Shown piece after piece: positions 16,734-23,856 of a DNA stretch of 24,000 nucleotides. How positions within the stretch are numbered: position 1 is the stretch's first letter; the number at the start of each line of letters is the position of its first letter. The translations under genes and the position numbers were made by a program. The notes beneath the pieces were generated by a model that made no database searches, was not told where the DNA came from, and saw nothing but the letters and a program-made list of their open reading frames with translations. This DNA comes from Bacillus pseudomycoides DSM 12442 (GTDB lineage Bacteria; Bacillota; Bacilli; Bacillales; Bacillaceae_G), in the NCBI RefSeq assembly GCF_000161455.1, contig NZ_CM000745.1, positions 2,699,496-2,723,495 on the forward strand, given 5' to 3'.

Positions 16734-17072
16734 TTGGTTACTGTGAATGTAGTGGTGCTTCATGATTCGAATTCTAATAAGTATCTGCCTTTGATTAGAA
16801 AGAAAACGTCTAAATCGATAAGTGAAATCAAACAAAATATGAAAACAGAAAAGCCTGTAATGGAATGTAATTATGATGATGCAGATCAATTGAGATCTTT
16901 AGTGAAATGTGCTGAGGAATTACTTTCAATGGGAGCAAGTATAAAAATTTATGAAGAGGAAGAATGGATTACACTTGAGATGGTAAAAAATTTAATTGGG
17001 ACAATAGAAGGGATTGCAAAAGACAGGGAAGTAATTGATGATGTAATATTTGGGAATGATTTCGATGAATAG
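16734..17072 (+). CDS. Hypothetical protein (112 aa), last gene of the immunity-type array
   Basis: GGAGGAGGG SD at 16716-16724 then TTG 16734. Followed by a strong terminator. No motif recognised. Confidence 0.5.
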   Translation: MVTVNVVVLHDSNSNKYLPLIRKKTSKSISEIKQNMKTEKPVMECNYDDADQLRSLVKCAEELLSMGASIKIYEEEEWITLEMVKNLIGTIEGIAKDREVIDDVIFGNDFDE

Positions 17073-17090
17073 TAGTCCCAAAATAAATAA

Positions 17091-17122
17091 AAACTAGCAA
17101 ATTTCATTTTGCTAGTTTTTAT
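17091..17122 (+). terminator. Rho-independent terminator
   Basis: AAACTAGCA (17091-17099) pairs with TGCTAGTTT (17110-17118), followed by a T-run. Confidence 0.75.
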
Positions 17123-17998
17123 TTGTCTTTATTAAATGAACGAAATAAATATCCTCCGTTAGGTCAATTAGTTGACGTGAATGGTGAGAAAATGCATGTG
17201 TATACAAAGGGTGAAGGTGAAAATACTATTGTCTTATTAAGTGGTGCGGGTACGGCAGCACCCGCATTGGATTATGAACCTTTAATGAATGAAATATCAA
17301 AGAATAATAGAATAGTAGTGATAGAGACATTTGGATATGGCTGGAGTGCTATTACAAATAAGGAACGAACAGTTGAAAACATCGTAGAGGAAATAAGAGA
17401 CGCACTTAAAAAAGCCCATATAGAAGGGCCATACATATTAATGCCTCATTCCGTTTCTGGCATTTACAGCATGTATTATGCTAATAAATACCCTGATGAA
17501 ATTGAGGCAATCATAGGTATTGATTGTACTTTTCCGCAAGTGGTGGAGTATTTTAATGAACCTGCTCCAACCATGCCCCGGTATTTGAGCGTTTTATCCC
17601 CGACTGGAATTGCAAGGCTAGCAGTAAATATGAATCCAGAGAAGTACCTTCCCATTACGGATAAAGGAACTTATTCTGATGATAATTTAAAGATGATTAA
17701 GAGCATTTCTGCCTGGAATCTAGCTAATAAAAATATAGTTTCTGAAGTAAATGAAATGAAACATAATATCGATAAAACGATTAATATGTCATTTCCTTCA
17801 GAGATTCCTGTCATGATATTTACTGATAAAGATGCCAGAGTGACGGAAGATGGGAAAACAATTGTATCTTTTTATCAAACGCAAATAAGCCATTTACCTT
17901 CTAATAAGCTCGTTGTATTAGAAGGTCATCACTACCTACATTGGTCTCGTTATAAGGAAATGAGTGAAACCGTTAATGATTTTATAGATGCATTTTAA
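17123..17998 (+). CDS. Alpha/beta-fold hydrolase (possibly 5'-truncated)
   Basis: 291 aa. Oxyanion-region LLSGAGTAAP, nucleophile elbow HSVSG, C-terminal LEGHHYLHW. The ORF opens with TTG directly after the terminator and has no SD. First in-frame ATG is 17192. Confidence 0.75.
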   Translation: MSLLNERNKYPPLGQLVDVNGEKMHVYTKGEGENTIVLLSGAGTAAPALDYEPLMNEISKNNRIVVIETFGYGWSAITNKERTVENIVEEIRDALKKAHIEGPYILMPHSVSGIYSMYYANKYPDEIEAIIGIDCTFPQVVEYFNEPAPTMPRYLSVLSPTGIARLAVNMNPEKYLPITDKGTYSDDNLKMIKSISAWNLANKNIVSEVNEMKHNIDKTINMSFPSEIPVMIFTDKDARVTEDGKTIVSFYQTQISHLPSNKLVVLEGHHYLHWSRYKEMSETVNDFIDAF

Positions 17999-18025
17999 TG
18001 AATAGAATGCTTAAGTATTTTAAAT

Positions 18026-18063
18026 ATGATCAAACTTTTTTATAAAAACTAAACTTAAATGTG
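18026..18063. repeat. Degenerate about 38-bp repeat, copy R1 (ATGATCAAACTTTTTTATAAAAACTAAACTTAAATGTG)
   Basis: Related to R2 (18147-18188) and R3 (19178-19217), all in the same orientation. R3 is contiguous with the IS231-like fragment. Confidence 0.5.
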
Positions 18064-18146
18064 CTGGATAATAAGCCACTTTGGTCAGACTTTTTTCATA
18101 ATGGCTTCTTTTTATGCAGCATAAAATGTAGGTTTGCGAGGTATTT

Positions 18147-18188
18147 TTGATCAATCTTTTTATAAAAGCTACACCTATGTATTTAAGG
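18147..18188. repeat. Degenerate repeat, copy R2 (TTGATCAATCTTTTTATAAAAGCTACACCTATGTATTTAAGG)
   Basis: By-eye alignment suggests roughly three quarters of positions match R1 over the shared core TGATCAA-CTTTTTATAAAA-CTA. Confidence 0.5.
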
Positions 18189-18575
18189 ATTTTAAAGGGT
18201 TTTATATATTTTAGTATTTTCATCACGATATTGAATTTCCGTGCAGCCATAAACATAATAATAATGGTCTAAAGGGATAAAATCCGAATCACAATCACTT
18301 AGACCGTATAAATATATGTTTCCATCATCATCAAGTAACCTAAAACGATAATAGTCAATTAAACAAGTACATTGAATCCTATATAAAAGAAACAGGAATA
18401 AAACGTGAGGATGAAAATAGATTTCAAGAAGAGACAATATAATAGGGGAACCGTCAGGAAAATGCGGATTTACAACGCTAAGCCGATTGTCCTGACGAAT
18501 GTGAAGAGTTGTAAGGAACTACCACAGTAATGGTATTTCATTTTTAAATCAATGATTAAAGGAAGGGATAAAAGG

Positions 18576-18989
18576 ATGAAAACAAAAGGAAAAAGGATTG
18601 CTTATTGGACGGTCACATTACTACTCGCAGCAGCTATTATGTTAAGTGGTATCGGGCAACTGATGCAATATGGGGGAAACGTCGAGTTAGTGACGAATCT
18701 TGGTTACCCATTATACATCTTGACCATTCTCGGAATTTGGAAAGTGCTTGGAGTCATCGCTCTCGTTGTGCCAGGTTTTCCTCGGCTTAAAGAATGGGCT
18801 CACGCTGGTATCTTCTTTTTAATGACTGGTGCGGCTTTATCTCATGCATTTGCTAACGATTATGGTGATTACGGGTTTCATATTATCCTTCCGCTTTCAT
18901 ATGCTGCACTCAATTTCGCTTCATGGGCGTTGAGACCACAAAGCCGCATCTTCTACACCAATAAACGAGGCATTGAGCCAAATTGTTAA
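18576..18989 (+). CDS. DoxX-like family membrane protein
   Basis: GGAAGGG SD 8 nt before ATG 18576 (the ORF track starts at 18552). Four predicted TM helices. YWTVTLLLAAAIMLSGIGQL ... GIWKVLGVIALVVPGFPRLKEWAHAGIFFLMTGAALSH is typical of the DoxX-like family. Confidence 0.75.
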   Translation: MKTKGKRIAYWTVTLLLAAAIMLSGIGQLMQYGGNVELVTNLGYPLYILTILGIWKVLGVIALVVPGFPRLKEWAHAGIFFLMTGAALSHAFANDYGDYGFHIILPLSYAALNFASWALRPQSRIFYTNKRGIEPNC

Positions 18990-19177
18990 TCAAATCTCTC
19001 AAACAAGAAATTAAAGTTTTATATAAAAGAACTAGGAGGCTTTATTTTCAAAAGAATGCGAAATAATGTAGGTGGACTAATTACTAGTGTAAGAGAAGAT
19101 AATAAGCTTATTTGCATCTGTGTTTTTCTTTTTGGTATTCCATTAAAGGGTGCGATTGTGGAACAACATAGGTAGAA

Positions 19178-19562
19178 ATGATCAAACTTTATTTCAAAAT
19201 TACACCGAGTTAAATCGTCAATTAAGTCCCTCAGGACTTAATAAAATTCCTATTGAAGTTTCTAATTGACTACAAAGTTGAGTCAGAGAAGTAGTAGCGA
19301 TTTGCTGATTTAACCATACACACAAAGATAAAAAATGGTGCCCATGGCATTTACGTTTTCGTTTCATTTCGACCACTTCTATGGCTAATTGATTAAGTGT
19401 AGCAGGAGACATATATCGATATAACTCTTCGGAAAATAAAGACAACTCTTGTTTTTGATGTATATTCATAAAAAGCACGTCCCCCTTTCTCATTAACATA
19501 AGAGAATAGTAACGTGCGTTTAACTTCAAAATTAGTCTAAATCCTTAAGTTGATGGATGTGG
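19178..19562 (-). mobile_element. IS4-family (IS231-like) left-end fragment with decayed transposase 5' region
   Basis: Minus-strand terminal sequence CCACATCCATCAACTTAAGG (19543-19562) resembles the IS231 inverted repeat (CATCAACTTAAG core, recall). ORF from ATG 19469: MNIHQKQELSLFSEELYRYMSPATLNQLA..KRKRK..LTQLCSQLE..LSPEGLN resembles the IS231 transposase N-terminus. An in-frame stop at 19218 is followed by recognisable but stop-riddled continuation (N*RFN SV*F*NKV). Confidence 0.6.
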
Positions 19563-19663
19563 AGATACCTCTAAAAGGGATTTATTATTAGATCAATAAT
19601 TTTTTTGGGGTATCAAGTTCTGAATAAGAAGCTAGGCTTCTGTTATACCGTCTATATTGAAAA

Positions 19664-19804
19664 CTAATTATTCTCTTCCTGAGATAAATTCGTATCGACT
19701 TCCTTAAAAATGATGTGATCAGGAACTGCTGCAGAAATAAATTTAGTATAGTTCGAGGAATCATTTTTAATTTCGTTATTATTTTCACAAGGTTTACAAT
19801 CCAT
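19664..19804 (-). CDS. Candidate 46-aa acidic small protein (below the ORF-track size cut-off)
   Basis: Minus strand has AAGGGAGG SD (complement of 19813-19820) 8 nt before ATG 19804. Translation MDCKPCENNNEIKNDSSNYTKFISAAVPDHIIFKEVDTNLSQEENN, stop TAG at 19664-19666. The 79-aa ORF in the track (19588..19827) is in another frame and looks non-coding. Confidence 0.35.
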   Translation of the reverse strand: MDCKPCENNNEIKNDSSNYTKFISAAVPDHIIFKEVDTNLSQEENN

Positions 19805-19979
19805 CGACATAACCTCCCTTTTTTCAAATATATATTATATTGCTGCCTTTACATTTTTGTAAGGATGATCTAGTTTATAGAAAGACATTTTGATATTGGT
19901 TGGAGAAAGGCTCTGAAATTTTTAATGACCAGTAAACAAGGATTATTTTTTCCTATTCACAACAACAGTCATATTTCTT

Positions 19980-21509
19980 TTAATCTGGGGTTGTTATGGT
20001 AAAAAAAACATCAGGATTATCCCGTTGAATAGCGCCTTGAATAATAACATTACGATTATCACCCCAAGAGTGAAGTAAGCAGTTCCCGGGACCAGCAATA
20101 ATTTGATTGTAATCCCCCATATAACAATTGGCAGTATCAGGGCTTGGATTCGTAACCGGCACTGGAGAAAATGCAGTACTTACCATTTTCTCTTTACTTA
20201 ATCCATTACAAAGAGAAAAGCTTTTCAAAAATATCGCAAATGTCCCATCACCTATACCGGCAAGAGTGCCTCCACGGTCATTAAAACGATTATACTGAAT
20301 ATGGGCTCCATTTTTATTAACTGCAACGGACGGGAAGAATGGAAAAGTTCTAGTATTTGAAGTAACATTCACTCTATTCCAAGTATTTCCTTTGTCTGTA
20401 CTATAAGCTAAAAAGATATCAATAAAGGTCGTATCTCCAACCACTCTGCCAGCGTTCCATACGGCATATAAAGTGCCATCTGGTCCAATCGCTGCATGAG
20501 GGAATTCATTCATACGAATCCTTCTGGTGTTATCAACACCGATAGATGGGCGGCCACAAAGTGCTGTATCAGTTGCGGCTGCAGCAAATGGAGTTGAAAC
20601 TGCCACGTTAATTGGGAAAGTATTCCCACCGTCAGTTGATTTAACCATACGAATGGTCCTGTTTGGCTGCCCCAAAGTATTAAATGCCGATATTTCTTCA
20701 TAAAAGACATAGATACCTCCGAGATCATCAACGACCACAAAAGACCCTTGAATAAAATTAGTGCCACCAGTGACAATAATCTGATCTGTAATAATTGGAG
20801 TTAAGTTGACACCAGTAGTATATTTTGAAAAGCGAATATTAGGGCTCGGAGTAGCAGTGAAATCAGTCCACGTAATATATAGTGCTTCATTCCCTGGATT
20901 ATCAGCATCGGGACCTACTGTAATCCAATCCTTATCTTGATTAATATTCGCAGAAGGGTTTTGCCCGCGTCCAACGACTTGAGGCGCATTCATTGTGATT
21001 GTTTCGTTCGGAGTAATGGTTCCTGTTGAAACACTGATAACACCTTGTATAACACTCCCAATAGTTTCTATTCCGATTTGACCATAATAGAAAACACCAT
21101 TTCTATCAACAGCTATAACAGGATCACCGGAATTCAAACCCCCTGGATTTACCGGAAGAGAACCACCATCAGTCCAGGTATTACCTAAATCATTGGAAAA
21201 AGCAAAGCCTGAAAAACTAAAAGTCCCCAGTCCTCCTGTACCAGCATTACTATCATTAAATCCATAAAGTATAAAATCTTTAAAATGGGCAATGCTTGTC
21301 TCACTTTGGGTGATTCGAGGAAAATTAGTTACATCATTTGCCGGATTATTAACCTGTCTCTCTAGTAGTATAGAACAAGCGTCATCATGTTTCTTATCAC
21401 TACAATCGGAATCTTTTTTTTCATGACAATCATCTTCCCTATTTTCGATTGTATCTGTACATTTACTTTTATATTTATAACTTTTGTACTTGTTTCCTTT
21501 ATAGTACAT
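19980..21509 (-). CDS. Asp-box (BNR) repeat beta-propeller protein, sialidase-like fold, no signal peptide
   Basis: 509 aa. Three SxDxGxTW/F Asp-boxes (SNDLGNTW, STDGGNTF, STDKGNTW). N-terminal 50 aa is K/Y/C/D-rich (MYYKGNKYKSYKYKSKC..DDCHEKKDSDCSDKKHDDAC) with no hydrophobic leader. Confidence 0.8.
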   Translation of the reverse strand: MYYKGNKYKSYKYKSKCTDTIENREDDCHEKKDSDCSDKKHDDACSILLERQVNNPANDVTNFPRITQSETSIAHFKDFILYGFNDSNAGTGGLGTFSFSGFAFSNDLGNTWTDGGSLPVNPGGLNSGDPVIAVDRNGVFYYGQIGIETIGSVIQGVISVSTGTITPNETITMNAPQVVGRGQNPSANINQDKDWITVGPDADNPGNEALYITWTDFTATPSPNIRFSKYTTGVNLTPIITDQIIVTGGTNFIQGSFVVVDDLGGIYVFYEEISAFNTLGQPNRTIRMVKSTDGGNTFPINVAVSTPFAAAATDTALCGRPSIGVDNTRRIRMNEFPHAAIGPDGTLYAVWNAGRVVGDTTFIDIFLAYSTDKGNTWNRVNVTSNTRTFPFFPSVAVNKNGAHIQYNRFNDRGGTLAGIGDGTFAIFLKSFSLCNGLSKEKMVSTAFSPVPVTNPSPDTANCYMGDYNQIIAGPGNCLLHSWGDNRNVIIQGAIQRDNPDVFFTITTPD

Positions 21510-21730
21510 AACTTCCCCACCTTTTTTAGTTATTCATTGGTTCTGAAATCATGCTTGAATTTATTGTGGTTTTGAGGTCGCATTCTTTTTGGACAAGAAC
21601 CAATGTACTTCTATCATATGGTTATTACAAAAAAAGGAATGGGCTTCTATTCTTCTTCATTAGCACATTTTTAATAGAATCCAAGAGTTGTTAGATTGCT
21701 GATAATCCTCGATTATGTCAACGAAGAAAG

Positions 21731-21780
21731 GAGATTGGGTACCTTTTGGATGTCTAAAAGGTACCCAATCTCTTTTTGTT
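21731..21780 (+). terminator. Orphan strong stem-loop terminator (17-bp perfect stem)
   Basis: GAGATTGGGTACCTTTT (21731-21747), 8-nt loop, AAAAGGTACCCAATCTC (21756-21772), then TTTTTGTT. No credible + strand ORF ends upstream of it. Confidence 0.7.
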
Positions 21781-21858
21781 GCTGATAATGATAGGTTATG
21801 TAAACTTCACATGAATAAGATATATAATATAAAAATAACGATTAACTGAGGTGAGAGT

Positions 21859-22086
21859 ATGGAAAATACATATGAAATTCCCAAATTAGGAACAAAGCGT
21901 CTTTTATTAAAAAAACTAGATTTTCATGATTTAGATGATTTATTTGAAATCTATTCGGATCTTCAAACAACTACATATGTACTTCGAGAGGTACACAAAA
22001 ATAAAGATGAAACTCGTATTTTTTTAGAAAATACGATTGAAACAGCTAAGAAAGGTCCCTTCGAAGATCTGAAGGGACTTTTTTAA
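21859..22086 (+). pseudogene. Truncated GNAT (RimJ/RimL-type) N-acetyltransferase, N-terminal 75 codons only
   Basis: LGTKRLLLKKLDFHDLDDLFEIYSD is a typical RimJ/RimL-type GNAT N-terminus. The last codons are encoded by a terminator hairpin (GTCCCTTC-GAAGATCT-GAAGGGAC + T7, 22055-22085), and the catalytic core is absent. Confidence 0.6.
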
Positions 22087-22209
22087 GTTTTTAGATATAG
22101 TGACTGCTGGTAAGTGGTGTTATGTTAACGAAGGACAGCTATAAAGTTGTTCTTTTCTTATGTTATAATATTCAAAAACCTTATATACAAATATTAAGAG
22201 GTGATTATT

Positions 22210-22743
22210 TTGTATTATTATAAATGGAGAAGTTTTTATTCGGTTAAACCAACACAAATATATGATGAGAACAACAATATAATAGGTACAATAAAAAAAA
22301 CGTATAGCAATCAGTGTATAAGGATAATAGATTTAATATTATTCAAAGGGACGTATTTTTTGGAATATGAGATATATGATTCTAAAGAGAATTTACAATT
22401 AAAAGCGAAAAAGGATATAGATTTTCGAAAAAGAACACAATTTTTTCTTAACTATTATGCTGAAAGAGAAGAATATCAAATACATTTAATAGATAAAAAG
22501 ACCTTTGATTTTGGTGAAATAACTAAATTTGAATTTGCAGGAGAAATGTATGAATTAAATCAAAGACCTTTTGAATGGGCAAAAATAACCAATTTAAATA
22601 CTAATTTGATTATTGCAGAATGGAAAGAGCCTATTAAGCCTCCTTTTAATATTACTTTTAAATTATTAGAGGAATCTTATAAAGATAAAGTTTTATTATT
22701 GATAGGTATATTCCATTCATATTTACATGCTGCGGGGCATTAA
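22210..22743 (+). CDS. Hypothetical protein (about 177 aa), possibly tubby-C/LURP-one-like (YxjI-type) fold
   Basis: AAGAGGTG SD at 22196-22203 then TTG 22210 (the ORF track starts at GTG 22201, inside the SD). Fold suggestion is weak recall. Confidence 0.5.
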   Translation: MYYYKWRSFYSVKPTQIYDENNNIIGTIKKTYSNQCIRIIDLILFKGTYFLEYEIYDSKENLQLKAKKDIDFRKRTQFFLNYYAEREEYQIHLIDKKTFDFGEITKFEFAGEMYELNQRPFEWAKITNLNTNLIIAEWKEPIKPPFNITFKLLEESYKDKVLLLIGIFHSYLHAAGH

Positions 22744-22802
22744 ATTTAAAAGCATTATTATATATCCGATTTGTTTTTTTTTTTGAGTGAGTTGCTTTTC
22801 TT

Positions 22803-22916
22803 ATGGATAAATTTACAATTGAAGAGAAATTAAAAGCTATAAAACGTTATTTAATGCGCTATGAATTATGTAGTTCAGAAATCAATATGATTATTTGGTG
22901 TCTCTGCTGCCCCTAG
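22803..22916 (+). pseudogene. Possible remnant of an IS3-family OrfA (HTH) N-terminus
   Basis: 37-codon ORF. The first 17 aa, MDKFTIEEKLKAIKRYL, resemble IS3/IS150-type OrfA N-termini (recall). The remainder is unrelated. Confidence 0.3.
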
Positions 22917-22936
22917 CTGGCTAAGACCAGCTAGGG
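22911..22936. repeat. Perfect 10-bp inverted repeat with 6-nt spacer
   Basis: CCCTAGCTGG (22911-22920), CTAAGA, CCAGCTAGGG (22927-22936). No flanking U-tract on either strand. Confidence 0.85.
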
Positions 22937-22982
22937 TGTCCCGATATTGTATCATTCGATAAGAAGTTTTGAGTGGATACAC

Positions 22983-23198
22983 TTAACAATTTTTAGGTTG
23001 ACTAGGAGGTGGTACCGGGACTGGAATACACGGAGGATTACCTGGTGGAATATTTGGTGGTGGACAATCGCAATCATTATTGGAGGATGGGGGGGTATTA
23101 GATGGTGGACCATTGCAATCATTATTGGAAGGTGGTATCAAAAAACTATTATTTAGACTACGCTTAAGATTTCTATGATGTCTTTTTATTTTAATCAC
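22983..23198 (-). CDS. Candidate Pro/Cys/Asn-rich repeat peptide (71 aa)
   Basis: The ORF begins 35 nt downstream of the metalloprotease stop codon. Contains an imperfect 45-nt (15-aa) duplication (PPSNNDCNGPPSN / PPSSNNDCDCPPPN; repeat cores at 23070-23084 and 23115-23129). The only start is GTG 23198, abutting GGGG, so initiation is uncertain. A mirror ORF exists on the + strand. Confidence 0.35.
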   Translation of the reverse strand: MIKIKRHHRNLKRSLNNSFLIPPSNNDCNGPPSNTPPSSNNDCDCPPPNIPPGNPPCIPVPVPPPSQPKNC

Positions 23199-23232
23199 CC
23201 CTTTCTTTGGTTTTTACATAGTTTTCGTGTCA

Positions 23233-23856
23233 TCATTCTGGGCAATTTCGAAAATACGGGCTATTACTTGCTTGCGCGCACTGTTCAGGTGTCAGTCTAT
23301 AAGCATTTTCCGATGCCCCTCCATACATAAGGTTGTTTTCATCGTCTACATGTTCCGGTCCTAATAAAACATGTCCTAATTCATGCGCGAGAGTTTGTCC
23401 GAATCGGAATTGTCCTTCAGGAGCATTTGATATTACGATAACTGGACCATTAGGAGTGTTATAAGGTGCACATCCTACAAAACCACCTGCAAATGGACCT
23501 TGTACAAAATATACAGCAATATCCAGTGTATCAGTTTGTCCATAAGGTCCTGGTCCTGGCGGTCTAACATTCAACCAATATTGAAAATATTCATTGAGGT
23601 CCTCGTATCCGATGCATTGGAGTACATCTTGATCAACAAATGGGTCATTGATCTGTGACATAACCGCTTCTCCTTGGTCATTCCTAAAACGCCATCTTAT
23701 ATCGATGTTACATGGATTTGGTGTTCGATCTCCGTAGAAAGTATTAGGGACTCCATAAACATAATTAACCCAATCAATTTGATTGATAAAAAGGTCTTGG
23801 GTCATATCTGATCCTGGTGTAATATACACGTCTAAAATTAGACAGGGTACTACCAT
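23233..23856 (-). CDS. Zinc metalloprotease, metzincin-like, no signal peptide
   Basis: 207 aa. HELGHVLLGPEH (nt 23350-23385), i.e. HExxHxxxGxxH, one residue longer than the canonical metzincin spacing. Followed by NLMY (possible Met-turn). GGAG-type SD upstream of ATG 23856. Confidence 0.75.
   Translation of the reverse strand: MVVPCLILDVYITPGSDMTQDLFINQIDWVNYVYGVPNTFYGDRTPNPCNIDIRWRFRNDQGEAVMSQINDPFVDQDVLQCIGYEDLNEYFQYWLNVRPPGPGPYGQTDTLDIAVYFVQGPFAGGFVGCAPYNTPNGPVIVISNAPEGQFRFGQTLAHELGHVLLGPEHVDDENNLMYGGASENAYRLTPEQCAQASNSPYFRNCPE

Noticed and set aside
18020-18437. Two overlapping minus-strand ORFs of 78 and 81 aa
   Set aside because: There is no convincing SD, and the sequences are low-complexity and internally repetitive (KILKYI duplicated). 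The region looks like IS-derived debris. It could still hide a small gene, so I rate it low rather than zero.
18452-18497. 8-bp helix CGTCAGGA...TCCTGACG enclosing 30 nt in the leader of the DoxX-like gene: possible riboswitch or attenuator
   Set aside because: I cannot match it to any riboswitch consensus I know, and the following ACCA/TGGT hairpin is too weak for a terminator. Only Rfam scanning or probing could revive this idea.
19588-19827. 79-aa minus-strand ORF from the ORF track
   Set aside because: It is basic and low-complexity and has no SD. A different frame in the same interval has a strong SD and a cleaner 46-aa product, which is reported as a candidate instead.
21387-21575. 62-aa + strand ORF
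   Set aside because: It is antisense to the 5' end of the Asp-box gene, is Phe/Ile-rich from reading an A-rich coding strand backwards, and has no SD.
22947-23156. Trp-rich 69-aa ORF on the + strand
   Set aside because: It is the antisense mirror of the Pro-rich minus-strand ORF (CCA/CCN read backwards gives TGG). It has no SD and an implausible composition. If anything is coding here, the minus strand, which follows the protease gene, is more likely.
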